64,000 bases of DNA from Cetorhinus maximus. Its lineage: Eukaryota. Location of the stretch: positions 18,972,001 to 19,036,000 of the forward strand of contig NC_135900.1 of the NCBI RefSeq assembly GCF_964194155.1. Reading direction: 5' to 3'. The notes under the pieces were generated by a model. That model had not been told where the DNA came from, made no database searches, and saw only the letters and a program-made list of their open reading frames with translations. Both the position numbers and the translations under genes were made by a program. Below, piece by piece: positions 50,189 through 63,789 of this stretch. The stretch's first letter is position 1; the number at the start of each line of letters is the position of its first letter.

Positions 50189-50778
50189 GGGCACAGTTTC
50201 GCCCTGGTCAGGTGGGCTCGGCGGGGGCGAGCAGGAGCGGTTGGGAAGCCGACCGTCATCCGTGATCGGGGCCCAACCGCGATTTTGAAACGTGCGCTCA
50301 GCGCTGCCTGTGTGTGTGTGTGTGGGAGGGGTGGGAGGAGGACGAGCGCGCAAGCTCGCCCATGCGCGTGGGTGCGCACAAGAAAAGCTCCCTGAGGCTC
50401 AGAGCTGCCTCAGGGAGATGAAGATTTTGAACAATGAAAATAAAGAATTTAAAATGTTTATACCATGTCCCCTCATGTGACGCTGTCATGATTCTGTCAT
50501 GTTAACATGTGACATGCTAGAAACTAGTTTGAAAAATGTTTATTTATTTTTTTAATCACGGAATGAAACCTCGTCCTACGTAAGGTTGGACGGGCAGCGA
50601 AAAATTTAATTCAAATTGGTACTTTAAGGGCCTTAATAGGCACGTTAATGGTCGGCCGGCGCGCTGCCAACTCCCGTGAGCGCCTGCCGACCGAAATATT
50701 GCACGAGTGCGCGATGACGTCGGGACGCTCGCCCAAGGTCATCACGTGTCATTTTACACTCGGCCGGATCAGGCCCCC
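50189..50778. mobile_element. GC-rich non-autonomous DNA transposon (Harbinger-like MITE)
   Basis: Reverse-complement similarity to 60197-60902 (CTGCCTCAGGGAGAT, CATGTCCCCTCATGTGAC, GGCCTTAATAGGC). Confidence 0.7.
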
Positions 50779-53505
50779 ATGTCATTCATGTTTTATGGTA
50801 AAATCTGAAACGCCAGCCAAATGAAACATTAGCTTGGAAGATAATTCAAGAATGCAAGACTGCTCTTTGCATGTTTCGAATAACTTAACTGCAACCAAAG
50901 TGTGGAACGACATTGGCAAAAGCATCACAAGTGCAGCAGGAAGGGATTTATGCACATGAGTTTTGCATATAGCCTGACCTAGTCAGAAATCCTAGGCCTA
51001 TGCAGAATAACAGCACCAGGACAAGAGTGAGGGTCCTACCAGCAGTAGTGTCAGATGCACAGGTGAGGGTGGTGGAAAGTTTGGGAGGGGTGCAGAGCAA
51101 GGCTGCAACTCTGTATTTAAAAAGCTGCATCCAATTAAAAGACTGAGCAAGCTCCTGGTAAAGGGGCTGAAATAGCTGGTGCATTCATGATGGGTTGAAG
51201 GATGGCAAATTAGAATATTTTTAAATGTCAAGCGACTAGGGACAGTGAAAGAGCAAAGAGATAAATGTGCCTACGTGCATAAATCACTAAAAACTAGTGT
51301 ACAGATACAAAAAGTAATCAAAAAGTTTAGTGGAATGTTGATCTTTCTCTCAAGGAGTTTGGAACATAAAGATGAGCAAGTTTTAGTTGTATAAAGCCTT
51401 GGTTAGTTGCGACACGGAATCGTCCCAGATTTGCACTAAGTGCAGTAACGAGCGGGAAAAAGAACGTTTTACCCGCCGGCTGCAATGGTTTTCGTGCCAT
51501 ATCATCCCAATGCTGGGAAACACGTCTCCGATTCACCCACCACGTCGTCACTTCACTGCCTCCTCACACTGGGCAGCCGTGCGCACACCTCTCAGTGCTT
51601 CCAACCCAAGACTGCTGCACAGAAGACATGGCCCTGAAAGGCAAGAAGACTGCAGCCTCCCCGATTCAGTGACACATCCCTGGAATGCCTTTTAGATGCA
51701 GTGGAGGCCCGCTGTGATGTCCTCTACCCCCACTCTGGGTGAAGACCAGCAAGCAAGGTCACCAGTCCAGCATAGGAGGCGATGACAGCAGTGGTCAGCA
51801 CCAATGCCCTGCAAAAGAGGACAGCCATCCAGTGCCACAAGAGGATGAATGGTCTCATCCATTCCACCAAGGTAAGTCACTCTTCTCATCACTTTCAACT
51901 CACACACTCACAAACCCATCACACATCCAGAGGGATTTCACAGCTCAAGGGACAATGCCACTCAGTCACACACACATGCCATCACATCTCCATCAGGCTC
52001 ATATCCTCTTAAACTTGCGTCTCATCCCCACTATGGCTCCACTCACCACACAGACATTCCATGCAGTGCCACACATCCTGCTCACACTCCATCTGTTTTC
52101 GTGCAGGAGAAGGTGGCTTAAAGCAGCAGGGAGTGATCCAGACTGGGGGTGGAGTGGCTCACTCTAGGCCCCTCACTTACTTTGAGAAGCGTACCATCGT
52201 GCTGCCTAGAGAGGACGTGGACCGTGCCTGCAGAGACAGTGAGGTCGGCAGCAAACACCCTCATGAGGATCCTGCACCACATCATTCCTCTCTCAACACA
52301 ACTGTGAGTGCTCCCTCTCCTGCTTTTGACTCTGTTGCTATGCACTAATTATCTCTACTTTGGTTCACAGGGAGCTCTGCCAAGCGACCGATACCCTCAG
52401 CCAGCTACCAGTCCCTCAGCTCCATCCAGGTCCTCACCTCCTCCATTGAAGAGTTGGAAATAAGCAGCCTGGAAGACCCATTACAGCGCTTACTCACACC
52501 CTCCACAAGCACAGAGACACACACCTCAGTGGGACCTAGATCTAGAGCAGGCTTGGGTTCACAATGTGGTGGTCACCACACGGACACACGTCCACCACAG
52601 GTGGAGGCAGGTTCAGCCGAGCTCCCCGGCACTTGGAGGACTGCTGGGGAAGAGGCACCTATGAGGTCTGAGTCAGATGACAAGCCTCTGGACTTGGCCT
52701 TCCAACTCATTGTGGAGAGTCAGCAGAAGGCGGGGGCACATCACGAAGCCCTCAACGGAGTGGCACGCAGGTTGTAGGAGTGTGTCCGCCTGCTCTTTGA
52801 TGAAATGATGCCCACATGTGCACAAGGGAAGGATGGCCAATGCCATGGAGACCCTTGTCCAGCAGGGCACAGAGATGCATGCAGACCTGCACTCCATCAT
52901 GGTAGCTATGGGTGACTTCCTGTAGTGGCAACGCGAGAGGGAAACGAGGCACCTTAACGTCCCTCCAGGTGTTCCTTTCCCTCAAGGAGTCAGGCCGGGC
53001 ACCCGAGGGGAAGAGGAGCAGCAGCTGGTCACCTCTGGGTCACACACTCAGGAATCTCAGAGGCTGTCCTCTCCCTTCAAGTCCCCTTTGCCTGTGGCCC
53101 TTTCAACTTTGTCCTCTGTCACAGCAGAGGGAGCCCACAGGAGGACAGCCAAAGGAAGCCGGGGCCCCCAAGGCCTTGTCTCTGCACAGGACCCATGCCA
53201 AAGTCATCAGAGGCAGTAGGGTCAACAATTGCATAGGCTGTCTCCACCCCTCTTGCAGATGCCCGGGCAGCACCTAGATGCCCTAGTTAAGAAATTCTGA
53301 TCACAATTGGTTACGCAGGTGAACACATTTTGTCACTTTATAATCTGTAAATATATTCACCTTCACTGAATAATGCGCAGTGGTGTCTTTCAGCTTCATT
53401 TACAGGCTTTGCGCGTCCTCTCCCTGCATTCACCCCCCCTTCCACCACCCCACTAGCAGTTCAGCTGCACACAGCCAGCCCACAAGTGATTCTGGAGGGA
53501 GATGT

Positions 53506-53575
53506 GCGCGTGTGTGTGTGTGTGTGGGGGGGTGTGTGTGTGTGTGGGGGGGTGTGTGTGTGTGTGTGTGTGGGG
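53506..53575. repeat. (GT)n microsatellite with G-runs
   Basis: Seen directly. Confidence 0.9.
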
Positions 53576-54559
53576 CAGGGCCTTTCGGAGCCTCGTACAA
53601 GCTCTCTCCCACGCACGCGGATCTTTTTTCCTTCATGCTCATCTCAGTGTCCTGAGCATTTTCAATGCTGGGGTTCACTTTCAGTTGTCCATCTGAGCCG
53701 ACCTGCATCTCCACCCATGCACTGACCACACTCCCATGCAGCACCTGTTCCTGTCCACCATAAGAACATAAGAACTAGGAGCAGGAGTAGGCAATTCAGC
53801 CCCTCGAGCCTGCCCCGCCATTCAATATGATCATGGCTGATCTCATTTTGGCCTCAACTCCAATTTCCCACCCTCTCCCCATAACCTTTCAACCCATTAC
53901 TAATTAAAAATCTGTCTATCTCCTCCTTAAATTAATTCAGCATCCCGGCATCCACTGCACTCTGAGGTAGTGAATTCCACAGATTCACGACCCTTTGAGA
54001 AAAGTAATTCCTCCTCATCTCTGATTTAAATCTACCACCCCTTTGCCTAAAACTATGACCATGAGTCTCCTTTCACTTTTGGATTCAGAAGCATGGTGTG
54101 TGTAACATTCTTCTTTAGCTCACCCATCCTTTTCCCTTCTCCCATCACCCATGTCCTTTCCCTCACCACTCACAACCCCCCTGGCATCACATTCCATGTC
54201 TCCACTGTCACCTACCAGCCACAACCCTTTTCTTTCAGGGATGTCCTGGTGAACGTGCACATTCCCAACCCTTCCTGAAAATCCCAACCCCATCCACGTT
54301 AACATCCCTGACCCCCTCCTTCCCGCCCCCAGGGTCCGTGTCTGCCTCCAAGTCCCCACCCTTGCCATCCCTTCTACCGATACCGTCCCACCCTCATCCC
54401 CCCACCCTACCGGCTCACTCTGCCCTCTCTCATTCTCACCATTCCCTTCTATCACACCCCCCCCTCATTTCACTCCCCAGTAAACAGTCATCGACTCCAC
54501 AGACCCCTCCCTTGCACATTCACCCGGACACCCCCGTCCTTACTCCTTCCCCCTTGGAA

Positions 54560-54770
54560 CTCCTTCCCCCCTTCCAGGATTCCTTCCCCCCAATTACTTC
54601 TTCCCCTTTCCTTACTCCTTCCTCCATCCTTATTTCTTCCTCCACCCTTACTCCTTCCGCCTTCCTGATTCCTTCCTCCACCCTTACCTCTTCCTCCACC
54701 TTTATTCCTCCCCCCTTCCTCATTCCTTCCTCCACGCTTACACCTTCCTCCCCCTTACACCTACCTCCCC
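54560..54770. repeat. Polypyrimidine ~18-bp degenerate tandem repeat (CTTCCTCCACCCTTACTC-like)
   Basis: Seen directly; it explains the long low-complexity ORFs on both strands. Confidence 0.8.
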
Positions 54771-57251
54771 AGTTTCCGTACTCTGCCCCATTACCCCTCC
54801 TCCCTCCAACCTCACCCCCCGACACCTTCGTCCCCTGCACCAATGTCAGCCCCCCAACACCTTCACTCCCCCCTACCAACATCACCCCCCAACACCTTTG
54901 TTTCCCCCCTCCCAATCTCACCCCGCCGGACACGTTTGTTTCCCCCCTCCCTCTCCCACCGCACCACAACCCCCCACCCTGTCCGGTACACCTTCCTCTC
55001 CCACTCACAGCTGGGCCTTCCTCTCCACCCCCTTGATGATCAAACGTAGCAGGGCATGGCCAACACACTGAAGTCCCGAAGCAGATCCTCAGTGGTGACT
55101 TTCCACCTTTTGTGAGCTGCTTTGTGGTGGAGCCAGGCCCTCCAGCATGTGATGCAACGTTCCTCGAGGATCCCATAGTTGTCAGGCTCCAGCATCTTCT
55201 GCTGCTTGGATGTCCGCGATGTGAGCAAGGCCCTGACGGTAAGTCCTGACTTCTGCATGTCACACTTGTCAAGGTGTGTTCTGCGATGGTGTATTTTCCC
55301 ACCGACATGGGTGGTAATTTTGACGTGGGGGGATATTCCGGTGAGCTGGGCTTATAATGATATGCAGATTTATTATAATGAAGTTCCCGACGTCCGGCAG
55401 CGGGAACTGCAGCCCGCCATTGATGAGCGGAGTGGACGGGTTTCACAACATCATGAAACTGATTTTTGGCCTTCCCGCCATATTGTTGGCTCAGGGAGCA
55501 TGGAAAATTCTGCCTCTAATCTGAAATACCTGACCTGTACCGTAGAATATATTGACCTTGGAAGAGGCACGTAACAGAATTCCTGGAATACCAGCATGGC
55601 TTAAAGGGTTAATTTATGAGGACAGGTGAAGGATTTGGTAAGGAATTTAATTACTTTTTCTACCTTTTCCACTAACTTTCACTGATTTGTGTACAAGGAC
55701 ACCAAAATCTCAATACTCACCCACAGTTCCTTGTCTGTCACTGTTTAGAAAACATTTTGATTTGTTGAAACCAAAGTGGATGACCTCACACTTCCCCACA
55801 TTGAAATCTTCTGACAATTCTGCCCAATCAATTTATGAAACTATTTTCAGAACACGGAGGGAACAATCTTGAAATTAGGCATAGAAGTGAAATTAGGTGT
55901 AGAAGAAGGAAGCCCTTTTCCACGCAGAGGATGTGAGAGATTTGGAACTCTTTTCCTCAAACGGATGTGGATTCTGGTCAACTGAAGATTAAGGTCAATA
56001 GATTTTTATGAGGTAAGGATCAAAGCTGGGTAGTAGAAGTTGAGGTACAAATCACTGATGATCTGAAGGCGGAACAGTCTTCGGAAGGAGAATGGCCTAT
56101 TCCTGTTCCTCTATTCATTGGATCAGTAAAAGTTATTCAGTTGAGTAACAGGGCAGGTAAATGAATCAGAGGGAAACAATTCCCTGCCACAATAATCAAG
56201 TGGTGTCTGTATTGCATGGCACCATGTTCTTTGCTCCAAGAGCAAAGTCATTTGACAGCATTTATGTCAAGTGGTTCAAATCTTGTACTGCGTGCTAGCA
56301 CATTGAAGTCTGATATTGTAGGTCTTTGCTTCCTGGAACCTACTATTACTATTATCTACTTCACAATTCTTGAGAGACAATGACTAAAGGACTTCTTCAG
56401 GCAGCTAACACTATGCATTCTTCCTGCTGAAGAAGATAACGCACAATGCCAGGTAACGCCAGGCCACAGGAGAGGTTCTGCTGATATCTGACACTTGACA
56501 GCACATAAAGTGGAAGTAGTAAATAATTAGATTCAATTTCGGCTTGACACTTGGGATAGAGATGTGAGAGTTCCTGTGCCTTCAGTAGATTCATTAGAAT
56601 GTATCTTTTTTTCTCATTTAATGTTTATTTATGTTCTCCAATCTCTTCAACGCAACTTTCCTCAGAAGCGATCCTGCAAAGTGGCTGATTATGATAGAAT
56701 TCTGATCAGGTAGATTCAAGCTAATAGTAGTGCTTGGACCCTCCATAGCTGCAAACCAGGAGACAGATTAGAAGGTTGCTGAAGAACAGGACCCTATAAT
56801 TCCCCCTACCAAAGACAACATTAATGATCATTCATCCAATCCATCATTCACCCTTTCCCTTGCACTTAGCAGCTCAGAGGCATACTCCACGGGGTTCAGT
56901 TGGTATAGATCAGGAATGGCCATTAATCCGTCCTCACCCTCCAGGTGCACTCCAAGCAGTGTCCACCACAAGCCTCTGATTGAGCAGCAGAATTTGGGGG
57001 TGGGTCACTGTCCTTCATAAGGGTGGCAGTCCTGGCAGCAGCCACTTAATTGGTTGCCACTGGCAAAAGATATACCGAGGCTCCACTACTCGCAGAAACG
57101 AAGTTGACCTCATTTCCAGCCTCAGCAGAGGGACTTCTGCCACCTACTTAAAATTCAGCCCTGGGTCTCTGAAAGAACATCTCTAGAGGCTCATAATATT
57201 TTTTAGCAGCTGCCTACATCTCAGATCTCAATCCCTCGGGTGGAACATCAA

Positions 57252-58625
57252 AGAAATCATAGAATCATGGAATGGTGATGGCACATAAGGAGGCCATTTG
57301 GCTCATCATGTCCATGCCAACTCTCTGCAGGAGAAGGCTGAGAGGAGATTTGATAGAAGTATTCAAAATTATGAGAACACTACTTTAACCAATGGTGACA
57401 TGAGGAAAAACTTTTTTACACAGCAAGTGGTTGGGATCTGAAATGCACTGCCTGACAGTGTGGTGGAAGCAGGTTCAATTGGGATTTTCAACAGGGTCAG
57501 TTAGTCCCACTTCCCTGCCCTGTACCCTGCAACTTTTTTCTCTTAAGGTGCCTATTTAATTTCCTTTTGAAAGCAACCTTCTCTAAGGAGGACAATGCCA
57601 GCATTTCCAATCTAGTCACATAACTGATGTTCCTCTGGAACCATTCTCATCAATCTTTTCTACACCCTGTTTAAAGTTTTCACATCCTTCCTAGAGTATG
57701 ACTTCAATATTTGGACACAATACTCCAGTTGAGGCTGAATCAGAGTTTTAAAAAGGCTCATTAACTCCCTTGCTTTTGTACTCTATATTCATCTATTTAT
57801 AAAGCCCAGGATCCAGTATATAATTTTTTAACCACTTTCTCAATCAGCCCTGCCACATTCAAGGATTTGAGTGCATATACTTTAGGTCTCTGTGTTTCTG
57901 CAACCCCTTTAGAATTGTGCCCCTTATTTTATATTGCCTCTTCTCATTCTTCCTACTAAAATATTTCACTCCACACTTCTCTGCATTAAATTTCATCAGT
58001 CACATATCCGCTCATTCCACCAGCCTGTCTGTCCTCTTGAAGTGTATCACTAACCTCTTCACAGATCATAAGTTTTGTGTCATCTGAAAATTTTGAAGTT
58101 GTGTCCTATATAGTCAAGTCTAGCATTAATATATATCAAGAAAAACAGTTGTCTTAGTACTGACCCCTGGGGTGACCCACTGAATATCTTCCTCCAGTCT
58201 GAAAAACACCATTCACTACTACTCACTGTTTCCTGTCATTCAGCCAACTTCATATTCATGCTGCCACTGTTCCTTTTAGTTCATAAGCTTCAACTTTTCT
58301 GGCAAGTCTATCATATGGCATTTTGTCAAATGCCTTTTGGAAGTCCATGTACACTACGTAAACCATATTACCCTCATCAGCCATTTCTCTTATCTCATCA
58401 AAAAACTCAACTCAGTTAATTAAACATGATTTGCCTTTCCTAATGGTTTTTCCTAATTAATTTGAAATTATCAAAATGACTGTTAATTTGTCCCAGATTA
58501 TTGTCTCTAAAAGCTTTCCCACCACCAAGGTTAAACTGACTGGCCTGTAGGTTCTGGGTTTAAATTCACACCCTTTATGGACAAGGGTGTAACATTTGCA
58601 ATTCTCCAGTTCTCTATCACTACTG
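57252..58625 (-). mobile_element. Decayed CR1 LINE fragments (mostly minus, with a short inverted piece at about 57330-57495)
   Basis: Minus-strand VYMDFQKAFDK-like and YRPVSLT-like motifs. Confidence 0.75.
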
Positions 58626-59332
58626 TCACAATTAAAGAGGAAATGTTAGAAGAGGACAGAGAAAATCTCATGTGATCCACAGGATAAAACCATTAACAAA
58701 GCCAAATAAAGTTTTCTTAAAAGTTGCAATATATTACTGAAATATTTGATTTAAGGACTGTTGGCGTTTTGATTTCTTGTATGAGAATGTACAGCAAACA
58801 TTGTGCCGATGAGATTAAGATCAAGATTAAGTTGTAATGTGTAACATGCTATGAGTAACATGGATTTTACTTAGACCATAGGGAGGCTAGCAAAAGGAAG
58901 CAGGTCATTAATGAGCTGAAAATATATATGTAAGCTGGGATTCCTATTGGGAAACCCTTTGTGCAGCCTCAAATACTGGCTTGATAATTTCCTGGGAGAA
59001 CAATGCTTTCTAACAGCGTCGTAAAATTCAGGGCTTCCCGAATACAACAAAAAAAAATCCAGTAACTGGAACTTGATTGAGTTGGTAGCATTCTCATCTG
59101 AGTTGCTCGGTGGTGGGCTCAAATCCCACTGAGTTTATAGTCAGTGAGTCAGTATTTCTTAGCAGCCCCATCACAAGGGTGAGAAAATCAACAGAAGAAA
59201 CCAGAGCATAAGAAGTACAACAGGGGACTGGATGTGAAAAAGTGCAAAACAAGGATTTTAATGATGATTAAAAAAAGAGACTGAATAAATAGAAAAAAAA
59301 CTTAAGGGAACGTTCAGAGTTTTGTTACCAAT

Positions 59333-62300
59333 TGTTATGATATGGCAGGTGGTATTTGCCAGACTGACCAAATCCACAAGGGAAACTTGGCCACGCTATC
59401 ACAATGATTTTGCAATTTGTATTTATAATGAGAAAGCTGGTGCATTAAAGTCAGAAGTAATGAGTCCACTATCACCTTTAGAGATTTTAAAGATTAAGTT
59501 AAAACATTTATTAACAAAAGAAGAAAAAACTTAAACACACACAGTTATAACAGTTCCCTATTTACCTAACCAGATTCCCAACTACACACCCCCTTTAAGG
59601 CAACAGTTCAAATAGACTCCAAATTTATAAAGCCATCCAGCAATATTACCACAAGCACCCACTGGACAATAGGTTTCCAAAGGCTGTTAACACAACTTTG
59701 GTTACTGGAACAGCAAAACTTCTTCAGGGTGGCTAGAGGTTTTTTCTCTAAGTCTGCTTCACACAGTCACCTTTCAAGATCTTGAATGGCCACCCCTCAC
59801 ACAGCCTTCCATCCTTCTTTAAATATATTTTATCCCTTTTTATTTGTAAATCCCATTGTTTCCACTTGTCTTTAGAAGTTACTTTTCCAAGAATATAACA
59901 ATCTTACATGTTCTCATATGGCCAGCCCTTTTGGAAAACATCAACTTAACCTTGCCTTATTTATCTTTCCAGTTGTAAATATTTTCCAAGTCCATTTGAA
60001 AATCAAATGCTTCTCCACTTACCTAAAAATGCAAATTCCATTCACACCGCACCTGTTGACGTCATCCTAGCTTTACTCATCTCCATTTCAAATGCCTGTT
60101 TTACACCTCACTTCTTTGATAATTTAAATCTTGCAGTCTAATCATCTCTAGTTTAATTAAGTTAGCCACACACACAGAACCATGCACACACACATAGGCC
60201 AGAATATTGCCATTGATGTGCCTGGGGGGGTGCGGGCCTAACACGCCGACGCGTAAAATGACGTGAGATGATGTCGGGCGTGTGTCCCGTCATCATCGTG
60301 CATCATTTCGCTACTGCGTTCAGCGGACGTGCACCAAATTTGTCCAGAAATTTTAAATGATTGTGGTCTGTATAAACAGTTGTTTCTGAAGAATTGCTGG
60401 CAACATAAACCTTGAAATGCGCGCCCACCGAACTATCAAAGGCCTATTAAGGCCATTAAGAAAGTAGTTTACGTCATTAACACTGCTGCCCATCCAACCT
60501 TAAGGTTGGCAGGCAGGCTAAGAGCCCAAGCAGTCTTCGCGTTTTCCTGGAAACCTCATCCATGGGCGGGATGAGGTTTCCTGAAGATTTCATAAAATTA
60601 ATAAATAAGTTTGGTGAACATGACAAACATGTCCCAGCAACACTGTCACATGAGGGGACATGTTTAAATAATTTTTTACTTGAATTTTAAAAATTTTTGA
60701 TTGTCTTTTCAATCTCCCTGAGGCAGCTCTGTGCCTCCCCACCACCCACACAGGTAGTGCTGAGCGCTATGGAACGCCTATTACGCTGGGCAGGCCCTCC
60801 ACGTAAAATGGCGGCGCGCAGCCAATCGCGGGCGGTGATTGGCTCTGTGCCTAGCCCCACCCGCTCCTGCCCAGCTCGCCCGACATGGGTAAGATTCAGC
60901 CCATAAGCCTGCTTTAAAATATCCCACAATAATATTAGGAACAATATGATAGTTTCTTGACACCTCCATCCTTATGGAAAAATGAACCGTCATAATTTTA
61001 AAGGACGGTTTCATTTTCTCAACCCGTCTTACACTGGTTACTATACTTAATCATATATACAAAACTATTATACTACCAGGTACATGCATTAATATAACAA
61101 TATACACAAATCCTTTGTATTAACAGAGGTCATTTCAGTCCAGTGTCCACGTTTTAAATCTTCAACTTCCTTTGAACTTTAAACTCTCGATAATGCATCT
61201 GCAATTAAATTTTCTCATCCAGCCACATGTATAATCTGTAAATTAAACGGTTGCAGTAATAAACTCCATCTTGAACTTTGGTCTCGAAATTTGTCCAGAA
61301 ATTTTAAATGATTGTGGTCTGTATAAACAATTGTTTCTGAAGAATTGCTGGCAGCATAAACCTTGAAATGCTGCATTGCTAACATCAGACCTTTATCGAT
61401 GGATGAGTATCTTCTCTGATGTGCATTCAGCTTCTGCAAAAAATATCCTACCGGCTTTTCAATTCCTGTTTCATCTTTTTGTAACAACACAGCGCTAATA
61501 CCCAAATCACTTGCATCAATTGCCAACTTAAACTGCTGGGCATAATTAGGTGCTGCAAAAACTGGTGTAGTAGTCAACACAGTTTTTAAACTGTCAAATG
61601 CATTCTGACACTCCTGTGTCCATTGAAATTTGTTTGTTTTTAATAGTTCAGTCAATGGAGCAACCACACTGCAAAAGTTGGTGCAAACTTCAGGTAAAAT
61701 CCACTCATGTCCAGAAATCGCAAAACTTCCTATTTTGTTGTAGACACTGGGAAATTCACGATGGCTTTTACTTTCATATCTTTTGGAGCCACCTGACCAT
61801 GTCCAACATGAGATATGTAACTCAAGCTTTTGCAAATTCACTCTTCGCCAAGTTCACCACCAAATTAGCTTCTTGCAGTTGATAAGATAGTTTTCAGATG
61901 TTGTAAACGCACCTCCCATGTTTGATTGAAAACTACCAAGTCATCAATATAAACAGCACAATTGCTCAGTCCTACAATTACTTTGTCAGTGTTTGAAATG
62001 TTGCTGGTGAATTCTTCATACCAAATGGCATAACTTTAAACTGATATAGTCCATCCGGCATTACAAAAGTTGATATCTCTTTTGTCCTTATGATAATGGT
62101 ACTTGCCACTATCCTCGCAGCAAGTCAATCTTTGTGATAAACTCTGATTGTCCCACTTTCTCAATACAATGTTCCAACTGTGAAATAGGATATGAATCTG
62201 CTTTTGTCACTGTATTTACTTTTTGATAATTCACACACAGTCTTTGTGTTTCATCTGTTTTCGCCACCATCACAATAGGTGAGCTCCAGTTACTGCAATT

Positions 62301-63632
62301 AGACTCCATGATGTCATTCTGAAGCATGAATTTGATTGCTTTTTGTACTTGGGTTAATTTTACTGGATTTAATCTATAAGGCTGTTTCCTTATTGAAACG
62401 GAATCCCCCACATCTACATATGTGTAGCTAAATTTGATTTCCCCAGCTTATTCCCACAAGTAGCTTTGTGTGACTGCAAAAGCTTCTCCAAATCACTTTG
62501 ACACTTGTCTGGAAGGTAACTCAATATTACATTTAAATTTTTAAGTATTCCCTCATTGTCCAATTTGATTAGAGGAAAGTCACTTTCAGAACCCTTCATT
62601 TCTACCTCTTTCTCTTTATCTACCACTACTAATACCTCCTTTTGTTTATCTTCCCTGTCAAAGTACTTTTTAAGCATATTTACATGACACACTCTTTGCT
62701 TCTTTCTTTTGTCTGGAGTATTTACTAAATAATTTACTTCGCTCAGTCTCTTTTCAATCCTGTAAGGCCCACTAAAACTTGCCTTTAATAGTTCATCTGA
62801 CATTGGTAACAAAACTAACACCTCTTCCCCAGCAGCAAAACTACGAGCTTTTGCCCTCTTAGCTGCATTTGTCTTCATCACCTGCTGTGATATCTTTAAA
62901 TGTTCCTTAGCTAACTTAGATGCTGTGTTCAATCTTTACCTGAATTTTGTCACATAATTCCAGAGAGTAGTTTCTGAACTCTGACCCATTAGTTTCTCCT
63001 GAATCAATTTAGGTGGTCCCCCAACTTCATGACTATAGATTAATTCAAAAGGTCTAAACCATGTTGATTCATTAGGGGCATCCCAAATAGCAAATAACAA
63101 GAATGGAATCCCTCAATCCCAGTCCTGTGGATAGTCTTGACTATAAGCCCTCATCATAGTTTTTAGAGTTTGATGTTATCTCTCTAAAGCACCTTGTGAT
63201 TCAGGGTGATAAACTGATGACTGAAACTGTTTTATCCCCAGGTTGTTCATTACTTCCTTAAACAGCTGTGACATGAAATTCGAACCCTGATCTGACTGTC
63301 TTTCTTTCAGTAACCTATATCTTATAAAAAATGTGGTCAACTCCTCTACAATTCTCTTTGCTGTATTATTTTGTAAAGATATCGCATCCAAAAATCTTGT
63401 AGGCACATCCATGATTGTCAGCGAGTACTGATTTCCACTTTTACTCTTAGGGAGGGACCCTACACATTCAACCAAGACCCTGGTAAAAGGTTCCTCAAAT
63501 GCTTGAACCTGAATTAAAGGTACAGGTTCAATCACTGCTTGAGGTTTTCCTGTCACCTGACATGTGTGACATGATCTACAGAATTTGACTACATCTTTAT
63601 GCAGTCAAGGCCAATAAAAATGGTGTGTAATC
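59333..63632 (-). mobile_element. 5'-truncated Gmr1-lineage Gypsy element: integrase-RT-RNaseH plus 3' LTR (59333-60962)
   Basis: IN (HFYWP..C..C, QSDQGSNF, YHPESQGALER) at 63630-63176; GPY region 62414-62932; RT (IRKQPYR, WSSPIVMV, KIDLLRG, YIDD) 62411-61900; RNaseH (IDASDLG, YTDHNHL) 61215-61841; PPT complement at 60963. Confidence 0.93.
60197..60902. mobile_element. Harbinger-like MITE inserted in the LTR, with 3-bp TSD ATA
   Basis: Imperfect TIR GGCCAGAATATT / AAGATTCAGCCC; ATA at 60194-60196 and 60903-60905. Confidence 0.75.
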
Positions 63633-63789
63633 TAAGATAATCACAGAGAAGGGAGAATACTAGAGATCAATTGAAAATTATGAATTGGCAGCATTTTAAT
63701 ATGTGAAGAACGAACCTGCATATTGTGATCTGTAATTTGCATTTCTTCAAGTGTGATGTATTTAATTGAAAATTCAATGCATATTACAG

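Larger units (their letters stand above)
51411..55514 (+). mobile_element. PIF/Harbinger-type element with a pseudogenised, spliced Myb/SANT-like ORF; nested CR1 3' end at 53758-54062
   Basis: ATG at 51628; PRFSDTSLECLLDAVEARCDVLYPHSG*...A*EAMTAVVSTNALQKRTAIQCHKRMNGL|GTAAG (51871); next exon from about 52108 (EKVA...QTGGG...PLTYFEK). Right end AAAATTCTGCC. Confidence 0.75.
51190..56115 (+). mobile_element. Old CR1 fragments (51190-51408 and 55516-56115) flanking the Harbinger element
   Basis: LYKALV at about 51390 continues after 55515 with decayed RT C-terminus and 3' UTR. Confidence 0.6.

Noticed and set aside
54338-55446. 232-aa and 308-aa ORFs on opposite strands
   Set aside because: They are translations of polypyrimidine/polypurine tandem repeats inside a transposon.
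56618-56748. Minus-strand acceptor-like site followed by MEGPSTTISLNLPDQ...INKH*, considered as a BEST3 last exon
   Set aside because: No resemblance to bestrophin that I can recognise. It is antisense within the protease intron and may be chance; RNA-seq would be needed.
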